DNA from: a virus
UHGV virus genome: UHGV-0293664
Reading direction: 5' to 3' (one strand)
DNA length: 64,000 bases
Numbering within the stretch: position 1 is the first letter of the stretch; each line of letters opens with the position of its first letter. The notes below the pieces were generated by a model, which made no database searches, had not been told where the DNA came from, and was given only the letters and a program-made list of their open reading frames with translations. Of the stretch, positions 1-9,353 are shown piece after piece. Both the position numbers and the translations under genes were made by a program.

Positions 1-158
1 GTGTTGCCGTAATAGTTGATCCATGACATCAGCTCACTTTCTTGCTCTTCCTCTGGGATGGACTCTCGAACGCTGACAAGTTTTAAGAAAACCCAATCAC
101 AATCCACCCCCATCCTACCAGACAGACAATAGTGCTTCATAAAACCCTCCCGCCTGGT

Positions 159-353
159 TTAGAATATTGCTTCTTCCATTGCACCTGAGAGCAACAAAGA
201 GGTAATCTGGCTAACATTCATCTCAGACTCCACTTCCTCTCCTTTGAAAGGTTCGCGGCAGAATAGGACTGTTTCAGGATTTTTACTTCGAACAATATAA
301 TACAAATCATTCAAAGTGTTGTAGTAATAAGTGTTAAAATGTAAGTTTTTCAT
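159..353 (-). CDS. hypothetical protein (64 aa)
   Basis: Met-to-stop ORF in the uniform minus-strand gene block; no recognisable motif. Confidence 0.3.
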   Translation of the reverse strand: MKNLHFNTYYYNTLNDLYYIVRSKNPETVLFCREPFKGEEVESEMNVSQITSLLLSGAMEEAIF

Positions 354-637
354 TTTCTAGTCCCCTTTTTAGATTTTTGTGCAGAAACGCTTTCTGCAAT
401 ACGAGACAGGCGTTCTTCTGAAGCTTTACCTACCCCAGGTTTCTTGAGCGGGTTATCTTTATGACCGCAATCCAATTGGATGCTAGATACATCCCCAACC
501 TTGTAAGTCAATTCTAGCAAAAGGTTGTCGTCCTTGTCAAATGTTTTTACGATAAATTTTTTATCGTCCTCCTTAACTTCATATCTAGTACCTGCAGTAT
601 ACAGCATGGTGCCATCAGCGTAGGATATCCAGATCAT
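350..637 (-). CDS. hypothetical protein (95 aa)
   Basis: ORF; stop/start overlap with downstream ORF suggests translational coupling. Confidence 0.4.
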   Translation of the reverse strand: MIWISYADGTMLYTAGTRYEVKEDDKKFIVKTFDKDDNLLLELTYKVGDVSSIQLDCGHKDNPLKKPGVGKASEERLSRIAESVSAQKSKKGTRK

Positions 638-981
638 TGCACCTCCTTCTGCTGCAACAGCATCAACTCTTTGTTGGAAATCTTTACTGCTGTCTTTATT
701 GTCCCATCTTCACGGAACCACGACCAGAATTCTACAGTATCACCACTATCAAGCAAGGCATGACCATGGTAAAAATCTTTGTCCTTAGACAGTTTCTCAT
801 CTATATCTGCATCGACACATTCGTGATCCATAGCATTCTGCCTGAATGCATCGGTTATGCCAATGCACGCCTTGCTCTCAAGACTGGTATATCCGATATC
901 TTTTAATTCAGTTTCCCAAGTCCAGTACCCTATAAAAGCTAAAACAGCTACCCACAGTAATAACGTTTTAATCTTTGGCAT
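634..981 (-). CDS. hypothetical secreted or membrane-anchored protein
   Basis: N-terminal hydrophobic segment LLLWVAVLAFIGYWTW resembling a signal peptide or TM anchor. Confidence 0.4.
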   Translation of the reverse strand: MPKIKTLLLWVAVLAFIGYWTWETELKDIGYTSLESKACIGITDAFRQNAMDHECVDADIDEKLSKDKDFYHGHALLDSGDTVEFWSWFREDGTIKTAVKISNKELMLLQQKEVQ

Positions 982-1043
982 TCTCTCTACCTCTTTCTTA
1001 GTTTATTTAACTATGGCACATCCTTTGTGCCATATCTCAACCA

Positions 1044-1505
1044 CTACTTAAATAGTAGTTCAAAATAGTGCAAAATTAACAGAAGTTGAACTACACCTAG
1101 TGCAACGGCGAGTATATTAATCTTAGAATCGAAAAACTTCTTAACTTTTACTCTAAAAGGTTCCTTAATGTCCTTTACGATCCTATCTATAGATGACCTC
1201 ATATCTCTGATTACCATCCTGAACATTAAAGACGGCTGCTCCCTCTCCGTAACGGAGTCGAAAACATACTCTCTTCGGTCACAAGGGCCGCCAGCTCTGC
1301 GTATCACCCTCTCCACAGAGACCTCGAACGTCACACCTGTAACGTAATCATCTATAACAAGCATTGACGGGTCTTTACCATCAAAAGGTATCAAAGTTAT
1401 CTTTCCGGATTTTGTTAAAATCTCTCCTTTTTCAAGTAAGGTGTACCAATGCTCTCTGCCAAGGCTGTTGAGGCACGTTTTTACATATTTGACAAACATC
1501 GTCAC
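1044..1505 (-). CDS. hypothetical protein with C-terminal hydrophobic helix
   Basis: ORF of 153 aa; C-terminal ILAVALGVVQLLLILHYF hydrophobic stretch. Confidence 0.4.
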   Translation of the reverse strand: MTMFVKYVKTCLNSLGREHWYTLLEKGEILTKSGKITLIPFDGKDPSMLVIDDYVTGVTFEVSVERVIRRAGGPCDRREYVFDSVTEREQPSLMFRMVIRDMRSSIDRIVKDIKEPFRVKVKKFFDSKINILAVALGVVQLLLILHYFELLFK

Positions 1506-1705
1506 CCCTCATCGCACGTCTGATATAACCATTCTATAAAATCTTGATACCATTCGCCCTCTGAGCGCTCCGTAGGCCAATAATCTTCACCCTCTCGTGC
1601 ATTAAAATCTGAGTATTCAACTTTCCACTCCTTTACCAGCTCGTGGAGAAGGTTTTCAGCCTGCTCTAAAGATTTATTTTTTACCATTGCTGTCTCCTTT
1701 TTCAA
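1502..1705 (-). CDS. hypothetical protein (67 aa)
   Basis: ORF packed tail-to-head with neighbours. Confidence 0.3.
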   Translation of the reverse strand: MKKETAMVKNKSLEQAENLLHELVKEWKVEYSDFNAREGEDYWPTERSEGEWYQDFIEWLYQTCDEG

Positions 1706-1906
1706 GATAGTTATACATCAGAACTGCACCACCTAAGATGGCTACCAGTAACAATACCCCAGATAGCATCTCAATAAACATGGCTTGAAACACTGGAAGG
1801 CCTCCCTAGATTAACGCACCATCTTAAATACATGCTCTTTTCCCATAAAGGTGCCTGGCTAAGATCTGCGTAGAACGCAATCTCTTTAAGAACAGTATAA
1901 ACAGTT

Positions 1907-2143
1907 TTAGGTGCGGTCTCCATTCCTACCCTCCTTTTTCTCCTTACGAATATTCTTGTAGTAATCAACCAGGCACATTATCACGATGAAGATAACAACA
2001 GGCCAAAAAGGTGCAGCAGTGATGATGGTGATAAAATCATCAAACTTCACCCTTCGTCTGGACACGATGCATACACCTGTCAAGAATACCGCTGTTATAA
2101 CGGACATTACCAGGTAACCTATTAGCACAACATTTATACTCAT
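1907..2143 (-). CDS. small two-TM membrane protein (holin-like topology)
   Basis: 78 aa with two hydrophobic helices and a charged C-terminus (KNIRKEKKEGRNGDRT); function is inference only. Confidence 0.35.
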   Translation of the reverse strand: MSINVVLIGYLVMSVITAVFLTGVCIVSRRRVKFDDFITIITAAPFWPVVIFIVIMCLVDYYKNIRKEKKEGRNGDRT

Positions 2144-2173
2144 TGGTCCTCCCTTTGTAGGTTAAATTGTATA

Positions 2174-2707
2174 CTACAAATGGTCGCTGAGGGTGTCAAG
2201 AAAATTATCCCGTTCTTTCTCAGAGTTTTCATGTGTGTAGCTGAAAAACATATCGAGAATAACCTTATTGATATATTCCAGCTCCTCTGTGTTCAGATGC
2301 TTAGCAGGATCTACAATGACATCCCAAATATCATACAGACCACACTCATGATACCCATAACGCCACTCAATTGTCAAGCTGAGCGGCAAATCTTTACCTT
2401 CACAAACAACCTTCCATCTACATATGTTGGTATCTGGTCGTACCTGTGCACGGTACACCTGTACAAAATCCAATTTGAATTTAAGGTACTCGTCATACAA
2501 TTTAAACACAAAGCTCTCGATTTGTGGAGACACTTTTGCAGCAAACTGTGCGTATTTGTACTTGCACTGGATGATCTTTCTGCGTTTTGCAGTTAAATTT
2601 TTTGCCGCCAGTTGTTCTTCGGTGTATCTCCACCTACGATCAACAAACGCAACAGGGTCTTTGTCCCCATAGAGGTCTTCCCAGTTAATCAGAAGCATAC
2701 CTGTCAC
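2174..2707 (-). CDS. hypothetical protein (177 aa)
   Basis: ORF with protein-like composition; no motif recognised. Confidence 0.45.
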   Translation of the reverse strand: MTGMLLINWEDLYGDKDPVAFVDRRWRYTEEQLAAKNLTAKRRKIIQCKYKYAQFAAKVSPQIESFVFKLYDEYLKFKLDFVQVYRAQVRPDTNICRWKVVCEGKDLPLSLTIEWRYGYHECGLYDIWDVIVDPAKHLNTEELEYINKVILDMFFSYTHENSEKERDNFLDTLSDHL

Positions 2708-2937
2708 TCCTCCACAACTTCAAGGCCTTTACCGCCTCGCTCTGGCAGATTACTTAAAGATAGGTAATACATATAATCAGGAGAGATCCTGCCAGACTCT
2801 GCACCTGCAGCTAGTAAATCCTTCCCTTTAACCAGGACAACATTCTCGTTTGCAGATAGCCGTTTTGCTTCCACAATTTTACCAACACAGTCAACCAAGG
2901 AAGGGTACCCTAAATCTGTAAGAAATTTAACTTTCAT
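2704..2937 (-). CDS. hypothetical protein (77 aa)
   Basis: ORF. Confidence 0.35.
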   Translation of the reverse strand: MKVKFLTDLGYPSLVDCVGKIVEAKRLSANENVVLVKGKDLLAAGAESGRISPDYMYYLSLSNLPERGGKGLEVVEE

Positions 2938-2976
2938 GCTACCTCCTACTTCTACCGTCCCTGGTAAGATAAATTA

Positions 2977-3375
2977 TTACTGAACAGAGCGCGGTGCTGG
3001 GAAGGATAACTCTTCTAAAGAGAAGATTTCATTTCCTACCACCCAAGTTGCTGGATCATCTGGGTCAACAGGCCGGATAATCATTACCTCATCCGCCTCG
3101 CACACACGTTTCCCACCTATAGTAGCGTCAGCCACTAACATACGCGGCTCTTCAGAAATGCACAGGTAGCCACCTCGGCCCACTGTTCCTTCCACGGGAT
3201 CCTGACCTTTGACCACAATGAATACCTTCTCTCCTGTGGCGATATTACTTTGCACCCTAACAGTTTGACCAACTTTAGATGTACCGATCTTGGTGGCTTC
3301 AAACATTAAATCCCGAATTACTGTTGCATAGTTGCCGGACACTTTCTTACCTTCTTTAGTAATCTCAATCTTCAT
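2977..3375 (-). CDS. hypothetical protein (132 aa)
   Basis: ORF. Confidence 0.45.
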   Translation of the reverse strand: MKIEITKEGKKVSGNYATVIRDLMFEATKIGTSKVGQTVRVQSNIATGEKVFIVVKGQDPVEGTVGRGGYLCISEEPRMLVADATIGGKRVCEADEVMIIRPVDPDDPATWVVGNEIFSLEELSFPAPRSVQ

Positions 3376-3647
3376 AATCTAGGCTCCTTAAATGAATCTA
3401 TGTAATCAATCAAATCCCAAGCATCGCGATGGGCTGTCAGAGGGTATACTTCTCCGAGAGGGATCATAGCAATAAGTCTATCAAAAACCCAGTCTGGACG
3501 CAACATTTTATGGTGATATTCCCACTCACCTTCCACAGATTTTTTCTGAGTGATCAGGATCTCTGTGTAGTGTTTCGCCTGTCTTGAGTAGATTGAAAAT
3601 GCCTTGTACATAAATGACCCCCTCTCTTGTTGAAAACAACAATACAC
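3372..3647 (-). CDS. hypothetical protein (91 aa)
   Basis: ORF. Confidence 0.4.
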   Translation of the reverse strand: MYCCFQQERGSFMYKAFSIYSRQAKHYTEILITQKKSVEGEWEYHHKMLRPDWVFDRLIAMIPLGEVYPLTAHRDAWDLIDYIDSFKEPRL

Positions 3648-3649
3648 AA

Positions 3650-3964
3650 CTACCAGGTTACTGTCAAGTAGGCAACCGTATTATTTTTCTCTGGGGAGAT
3701 GCCAACAACATCTACCTGCAGACCTCCTGCCCTTAAATCTCCAACAATGTGCGGGAAGTAATCTGAGAGATGCGATGGTAGATTTATCGAAAATCCGCAC
3801 CCCAGAAAGCCTGCTAACGCTTTATTTTGTATCTCCCCTACAATCGCATCATAAATGGAGTTAAGCTCGTCAGGGAGCGTTACAGGACGTTTTAGCGCTA
3901 ACTGGTGTAATTTGTCCTTAGCACTCATTTTCATTTCAGGTCTACCTCTGGTGGTGCCAACCAC
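3650..3964 (-). CDS. hypothetical protein (104 aa)
   Basis: ORF. Confidence 0.4.
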   Translation of the reverse strand: MVGTTRGRPEMKMSAKDKLHQLALKRPVTLPDELNSIYDAIVGEIQNKALAGFLGCGFSINLPSHLSDYFPHIVGDLRAGGLQVDVVGISPEKNNTVAYLTVTW

Positions 3965-4464
3965 ATAAATGGCGGCAAGCCTAAACGGTTTTTCTTATCC
4001 CACACAAAATATGCATATGCTTGCCCGTCAGTTCTGCCATTTGATTGAAACGACGGACGCTTAGATATTGTAATCACAGTGGTAGGTGCATTATCAAGCC
4101 ACCATTCAAATCTGGCTTTGCTTTCCAGAAAATTAAGACGTAAAAGCATAATAACTACGTCAGCATCTTTCAACGCCTTGTCTACAAACTCACGAGCCAG
4201 GCTGTATGGTGGGTTGGTGATAATACAGTCAACATGGTTGTATTCTGTATTCAGATAGTCAACACCTTCTTGTATTTCTCCCCATGCAGATCCTAACGGC
4301 ATACGGGAGTAGAACACACCTGAGGCACTATTCCTGCAAGGCTCTAAGTAGGTCCAGTCTTCTGGGAACGGAATAAGGTCATACAGCCCTTCTGCACACC
4401 ACTCCGGTGTCACATACTCATCGTAGGCGTTACGTTGTTCATCAGGTTTTCTAGCACAAGTCAT
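3931..4464 (-). CDS. putative N6-adenine (or N4-cytosine) DNA methyltransferase, small
   Basis: DCIITNPPYS matches amino-methyltransferase motif IV (NPPY); only 177 aa, so could be a compact or partial MTase. Confidence 0.45.
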   Translation of the reverse strand: MTCARKPDEQRNAYDEYVTPEWCAEGLYDLIPFPEDWTYLEPCRNSASGVFYSRMPLGSAWGEIQEGVDYLNTEYNHVDCIITNPPYSLAREFVDKALKDADVVIMLLRLNFLESKARFEWWLDNAPTTVITISKRPSFQSNGRTDGQAYAYFVWDKKNRLGLPPFMWLAPPEVDLK

Positions 4465-4475
4465 GCAAATCTCCA

Positions 4476-4503
4476 GATCATAAAAGCCCTCCGAAGAGGG
4501 CTT
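4476..4503 (-). terminator. rho-independent terminator (minus strand)
   Basis: Hairpin AGCCCTC-ttcg-GAGGGCT followed by TTTTAT on the minus strand, just downstream of the ClpP-like gene. Confidence 0.45.
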
Positions 4504-4515
4504 TAGAATTAATGT

Positions 4516-5562
4516 TTAAGCTTCTTCGACAATTCCTGCACCCAGGATTTTTTCATTGAGCTCTTTTGCTGTTTTAATAATATTGTCCACCAGACGCTTG
4601 CGAGTCTTATCTTTCACCTTAACCTCTTCACCGCCGTTCAGAGTAGTCTTCAATTGAGACAGAATATCCTGAAGTTCAACGACAGAGAATCTCTGCAGAT
4701 CTTCTGAAGTAATCTCACTCAGGGCAATTCTGACGGTCTCGCCACTTTCCATCTGCAGATTCAGGAACACAGTGTGAACATCACCTTTCGAACCACCCGC
4801 TTTTGCAGATTCAACAGCATGAACTAACTCATCTAAAGATGTGCACTGGTGAATCTCCGGAAGACCTGCTTCACCTAACACGCCTTCATCACCTTTTGCC
4901 AGAAGCTTTTTAGGTTTTTGTCCGTTCTGGATGCGTTGTATGTTGCCTTCATCCAGAATAATAGCTCCAGTACGTGCTGCCAACTCTTCTCCGTCCAACC
5001 ACACTTCGCCACCAGCTGTGATGGATGCGATCTCATCTTCTGTCAGCACTCCACCGTAGTATTTTTCAATCAGGCGTTCAAAACGTTTTTTCCAGTAGCT
5101 GACCTGAGTATTCATGTTCACACCGTTACCATAAGTGCCACCTTGATAGTAGTGGAACATAAATTCTGTGTCCGGAGCCACAGTGCGCTCTTTGCAACCC
5201 AGCCATAAGATTGTTCCCGCAGAGCAGCACATCCCTTCAGCATGTGCAACAACGCTTGCCTGAGACTCGCGGAATGCCTGCAGATAAGCCATTGCAATGT
5301 GCACGCAACCCCCAGGGCTATTGATGATCACCCGAATGCTTTCTTCCGGCTGAGCCATACGGATCGTCTGCAGACGAGACATATGATCCTGCAGGTCTTC
5401 CAAATCGTCGATATAAAGAACGTGGTCAACAACAGGTGTTGGGTAGCTGTATGTTTCCATGATACCGCCCGGCATACCGAACATTTTATTACTCATAGGT
5501 TCGAAACCGTTCTGTTTTTCTTTCATGCCGCGTACCATGGTGCTGCGAGGTGTTAAATTCAT
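4516..5562 (-). CDS. ClpP-family (S14) serine protease with C-terminal charged extension
   Basis: INSPGG...GMCCSAG (active-site Ser context) and FMFHYYQGG (His) match the ClpP fold; about 150 aa of coiled/charged C-terminal tail. Confidence 0.7.
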   Translation of the reverse strand: MNLTPRSTMVRGMKEKQNGFEPMSNKMFGMPGGIMETYSYPTPVVDHVLYIDDLEDLQDHMSRLQTIRMAQPEESIRVIINSPGGCVHIAMAYLQAFRESQASVVAHAEGMCCSAGTILWLGCKERTVAPDTEFMFHYYQGGTYGNGVNMNTQVSYWKKRFERLIEKYYGGVLTEDEIASITAGGEVWLDGEELAARTGAIILDEGNIQRIQNGQKPKKLLAKGDEGVLGEAGLPEIHQCTSLDELVHAVESAKAGGSKGDVHTVFLNLQMESGETVRIALSEITSEDLQRFSVVELQDILSQLKTTLNGGEEVKVKDKTRKRLVDNIIKTAKELNEKILGAGIVEEA

Positions 5563-5622
5563 GAGAAATCCTTAATATTGGAAGTTGAAAGCTATTTATT
5601 TAAACCTGATTCACATTTACCT

Positions 5623-5934
5623 TTATTTAGCAATCACTATGGAATACTTACGATTGTCAGAAGCATCACAACTCAATGATTGCCAGTCTACCACATACCA
5701 CGTATCATTGTCAACAATTACTTTATCGCCTGTTCTGTAGCAAGTGCTGCTTTCAATAATTCGAGACTCGATAAAGAATCTGTGGCGGCGCTCACGTAGC
5801 AACGCTAAGTTGACTATATTACCACCGCTGTCCTTGGTCCACACATTCTTGGATCCTTTATTTGCCAAAATTGTATCACCGTTATAAACAAACAGGCAGT
5901 ATATTTTATTCAGTTTCTCTTGTATTGTAGCCAC
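5623..5934 (-). CDS. hypothetical protein (103 aa)
   Basis: ORF; possible minus-strand promoter TTGACA-N17-TATTAT at 5993..5965. Confidence 0.4.
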   Translation of the reverse strand: MATIQEKLNKIYCLFVYNGDTILANKGSKNVWTKDSGGNIVNLALLRERRHRFFIESRIIESSTCYRTGDKVIVDNDTWYVVDWQSLSCDASDNRKYSIVIAK

Positions 5935-5989
5935 ACTATCTCCTTCTCCTTGTTTTGTCCGATAATAATACCTAAAGTTTATCTGTTTG

Positions 5990-6919
5990 TCAACAATTGT
6001 CTTCTAGAAACTCTACAATATCATGAGAGTACCAGAACCACTCCGTTGCCCCGTCGAAACCTTCGAAGTGGCAGTTGCGATCTGCAAAGACTTTATGCAC
6101 CAATTTTTCAAGCTGCATGGTAGCACACCCCTGTTCGAAAGTAAATACTTTAAGCACGTGAACAGGAAAATTTGTGTTCCTTCTTATGTTGTATAGTCTG
6201 CTTTGTAGATTGATAGTCACCCCAACTTTTATAACCGTGGGAATGGTAAGATCATCAACAAGAAGGTACAGACAGCTCTCTTTAGTACTCTGCCTGAATC
6301 CTGAAGTAGAGCATTCTGGGCAACCGTTACCGCACAGGTGGTTTGCAGGCTGTTGAAGAAACTTACACCCGCAAGACTTGCAGATAATGGTTACAGGAGT
6401 GTGGGTATTCACATACTCCACTTCTGAATAGTCATATATGTCTCCGTGTAGTTGAGTAGCATCCTCTATGAATCTATCTTTAGACTTCCTCATCTTTTTA
6501 GCTGTCGCTCTTTTTCCACACTTGTAGCACCCACCAGCTAAATGATTTGCAACTGTCTGATTGAACTCTCCGTGGATGGGGCAAATAATAGTAACAATGT
6601 CGTTCCTGTTAGAAAAACTTTTTACAAGAGAGTAGTCATACTTTCCCTTGTGCAGTTCTGTTGCCCTTTTTACAAACTCCTCCTTGGACATTCGGAATCT
6701 CTCACTTAACTCCCTGTTCTTACAATCTGGGCATCCTGCGCCTATAAGGTGAGACTTAGGAGTTTTACTAAAAACTGTACCACACTTGTTGCACACTATA
6801 TCCACAGGTGTTGTGTTGTTTTTGTATACAACTTTGGAGTAATCATACTTGCCACCATGCTTATCAGTAGCTTTCTTGATAAACACTTCTTCTCGTGATA
6901 ACTGTTCTCCTAAACGCAT
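5990..6919 (-). CDS. zinc-ribbon-repeat protein with C-terminal T5orf172 (GIY-YIG-like) domain; putative homing endonuclease
   Basis: Three tandem ~65-aa repeats (KYDYS...CxxCG...HLxGxGCPxC) then a C-terminal segment with KVGVT...EKLVHK...GATEWF resembling T5orf172. Confidence 0.5.
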   Translation of the reverse strand: MRLGEQLSREEVFIKKATDKHGGKYDYSKVVYKNNTTPVDIVCNKCGTVFSKTPKSHLIGAGCPDCKNRELSERFRMSKEEFVKRATELHKGKYDYSLVKSFSNRNDIVTIICPIHGEFNQTVANHLAGGCYKCGKRATAKKMRKSKDRFIEDATQLHGDIYDYSEVEYVNTHTPVTIICKSCGCKFLQQPANHLCGNGCPECSTSGFRQSTKESCLYLLVDDLTIPTVIKVGVTINLQSRLYNIRRNTNFPVHVLKVFTFEQGCATMQLEKLVHKVFADRNCHFEGFDGATEWFWYSHDIVEFLEDNC

Positions 6920-6960
6920 CTTAAATAGAGGGTGAATAATATCACCCTCTCTCCTATATA

Positions 6961-7755
6961 TTATAAACCTGCCTCAGGGGTCCATACACCTTTATTACGG
7001 TCAGTCATAAGGCCTAGTGCAAACAGTCTACCAATACCTGAGCGAACCACATCTTCTGGCTCGTCAAAATCTACGATACCAACACCGTTGATTTCGTGCC
7101 TCGTTACGAAGTCGATCAGCCACTGAAGTCCTGAGGTGCCTTTGAGATCGTTCTGTCGTAAGTCTCCCATGCAAATCATTTGTGCATGCTCACCAAGCCG
7201 TGTGGCAATTGCCAAAGCCTCTGCACAGGTTGTCAATTGAAACTCATCAACTAAGATGATGCAACGATCAGAGAAATCTCGACCTCGGATTGTTGCAACC
7301 TCTTGCACCTCGATGCGTCCAGTCTGACCGTCTCCCAATAACGTACTATAAGCACCAGGCCCGAGTCGTTTTTTGAGAGTTTCTAAAATTGATTTTAAGA
7401 AAGGTTCGTTTTTCTGTAGTACACCTCCAGGTTTGAACCCTGTGCCATGGCTCCCACATTCAACATTTGGGCGGCAAACAATAATTCTATCAATCTCGTT
7501 CTTACGAAGCAGGTCTGCAGCATAAGCTGCAGCCATAAACGACTTGCCTGTGCCAAACAGCCCTGTTGCGATCACTAACTGTTTAGTTTTAAGAAGGTGG
7601 AGATAATACTCTTGTTTTTTATTCATCGGTCGGAGAGCTGGAGCGGTGTGCTCTCGTTCGTCAGCAAATTTCTCAGCAGCTTTACGCAGGCGATCAGATT
7701 TGCGAGCCTCTTTAGCTTCATCACGCATGCGTTTTGTTTCTTTAGCTCGACCCAT
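6961..7755 (-). CDS. phoH: PhoH-like ATPase
   Basis: Walker A GLFGTGKSF, Walker-B-like IILVDEFQ, overall PhoH-like layout. Confidence 0.8.
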   Translation of the reverse strand: MGRAKETKRMRDEAKEARKSDRLRKAAEKFADEREHTAPALRPMNKKQEYYLHLLKTKQLVIATGLFGTGKSFMAAAYAADLLRKNEIDRIIVCRPNVECGSHGTGFKPGGVLQKNEPFLKSILETLKKRLGPGAYSTLLGDGQTGRIEVQEVATIRGRDFSDRCIILVDEFQLTTCAEALAIATRLGEHAQMICMGDLRQNDLKGTSGLQWLIDFVTRHEINGVGIVDFDEPEDVVRSGIGRLFALGLMTDRNKGVWTPEAGL

Positions 7756-7793
7756 GTTGGGACTCCTTTCAGATTGAGATGTGTCTGGAACTT

Positions 7794-8144
7794 TTACTGC
7801 AACAGTTTTTCAATAGCCGCTTCCATGCTGCTTGCAACAGCCTGAACTCGGATATTCATCTCTTCTTGGTGGATCAGCTCCTTAAGCTCTTTAATGGTAA
7901 ATTCTTTAGAGAAACCCTCCACCATAATCTTGTGCAAGGCTTCTTGCGTGTCTACTTGCAAGAACTTTTCCAGTTTGTTGGCAGAGGCTTCTAAATCAGC
8001 CCGAATACGAGGGTCATCTGTGCGATTCAGCATTAGGCGTAAACCATCAAGATTAGTGGAAATAGCGTCTGCATGTTGAGTAACTAACCGTGGCAAAATG
8101 AGATCTACAAACTTATTAGCTAAATCGATACGTTCTTGTGTCAC
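7794..8144 (-). CDS. hypothetical protein (116 aa)
   Basis: ORF. Confidence 0.4.
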   Translation of the reverse strand: MTQERIDLANKFVDLILPRLVTQHADAISTNLDGLRLMLNRTDDPRIRADLEASANKLEKFLQVDTQEALHKIMVEGFSKEFTIKELKELIHQEEMNIRVQAVASSMEAAIEKLLQ

Positions 8145-8283
8145 TGTTGCACCCCCTCTTCATCCTCATAATGTTTCTTTTCACGCTTGTGTTTTTTCTT
8201 AAGCTCAAGCGCAATCTCTTTTTTGTACGCCTTCTTCAAGGCTTTTTTAGCCATTTGGCACCTCCTCTGCTTTCATTACGCTA

Positions 8284-8313
8284 ATTATAACCAACTTAAC
8301 AAAGCTTTGTCAA
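8284..8313 (-). promoter_or_regulatory. sigma70-like promoter (minus strand)
   Basis: Minus-strand TTGACA (8313..8308), 18-nt spacer, TATAAT (8289..8284). Confidence 0.45.
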
Positions 8314-8316
8314 CAA

Positions 8317-8790
8317 TTAGTCAACCTGAACCCAACCGCCTGCTGTCTTTTTAAACATTCTTTGGTTATCACTACCTCTGAAGGGTTTTTTGGTTGGGTT
8401 ATCTTTCTCGTACTTACCATCCATAATGTAATCGACACTATCTTTAATGTGATCGGGAACCTCTTCAAACAAATACCCTGTGTACACCCAGATAGTTTTT
8501 GTGTTGCCGAAGCGTTCACGGATAGCGCGAATAATCGAGTACATACCATCAATATTATAAGGCGCTAAAGGTTCGCCACCGCATAATGTAACGCCAGTAA
8601 TATGTTTCGGCTCTACAGAGTGAAGTATACTCTCAATAGTGTCATTTGTTAACGGTTCCCCTTTAGCTGGTGACCAAACACTTTTGTTTTGGCAACCGAC
8701 GCAGTGATGTGGGCAACCAGAACAGAACACCGTTGTCCTAATGCCTGGGCCGTCAACCATACTACACTCTATAATATTAACAACATTCAT
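8317..8790 (-). CDS. nrdG: anaerobic ribonucleotide reductase activating protein (radical SAM)
   Basis: CSGCPHHCVGCQN radical-SAM CxxxCxxC cluster; size and position next to nrdD. Confidence 0.8.
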   Translation of the reverse strand: MNVVNIIECSMVDGPGIRTTVFCSGCPHHCVGCQNKSVWSPAKGEPLTNDTIESILHSVEPKHITGVTLCGGEPLAPYNIDGMYSIIRAIRERFGNTKTIWVYTGYLFEEVPDHIKDSVDYIMDGKYEKDNPTKKPFRGSDNQRMFKKTAGGWVQVD

Positions 8791-9022
8791 TCCTTATCCT
8801 CTTTGAGGTAGGGATATTCAGGCCACAATAAGCTCGATCTAAGAAAACAGCTTCTTCCCCTCTGGAATCGGTAGATCTATAATACCCATCACCATGGTAA
8901 CTAACGAACCAGTAGCACCCATCATCGCTTTCTACTGTTGTGGCTCTGTCCGAATGAAAGATAATTTCGTAATCCTTACCGAGTGTAAACCATCTGTTAG
9001 CTTTTACACAGACACCTATCAT
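8777..9022 (-). CDS. hypothetical protein (81 aa)
   Basis: ORF between nrdD and nrdG. Confidence 0.35.
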   Translation of the reverse strand: MIGVCVKANRWFTLGKDYEIIFHSDRATTVESDDGCYWFVSYHGDGYYRSTDSRGEEAVFLDRAYCGLNIPTSKRIRNECC

Positions 9023-9173
9023 AAGGAACCTCTCTTCTGTGGTGCGCTTCTATTCAAGATAGACCTATAAAAGTCCATTTGATGAAGCCGTATAACTTTT
9101 TATACTTACGCTTCAGTGCTAACAATTTTATCTTGATTTTCTTGATAGATTTCCGCATTTCGACCCCTTATGC

Positions 9174-9290
9174 TTATAAGTACTCCGCGTCGCATTCAGG
9201 ACAATGCCAAATAAAATCGTCCAGTGCCTTGCACCAACGAAGATTGCAACGACAACCACACTTGCAAATTTTATAAATACCTTTAGACAT
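9174..9290 (-). CDS. small Cys-rich (zinc-ribbon-like) protein, 38 aa
   Basis: Not in the ORF track (under 60 aa); AGGAGG six nt upstream of ATG; translation MSKGIYKICKCGCRCNLRWCKALDDFIWHCPECDAEYL. Confidence 0.3.
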   Translation of the reverse strand: MSKGIYKICKCGCRCNLRWCKALDDFIWHCPECDAEYL

Positions 9291-9353
9291 ACTGTACCTC
9301 CTAGCTCGCTGTGTGTCAATAATATGCCACATCCTTGTGGCTTTTGTCAAGTA

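Noticed and set aside
9128-9319. Track ORF of 63 aa on the minus strand
   Set aside because: It overlaps, in another frame, a shorter SD-preceded Cys-rich ORF (9174-9290) that looks more gene-like; its own sequence is hydrophobic/low-complexity with no RBS. Both remain uncertain.
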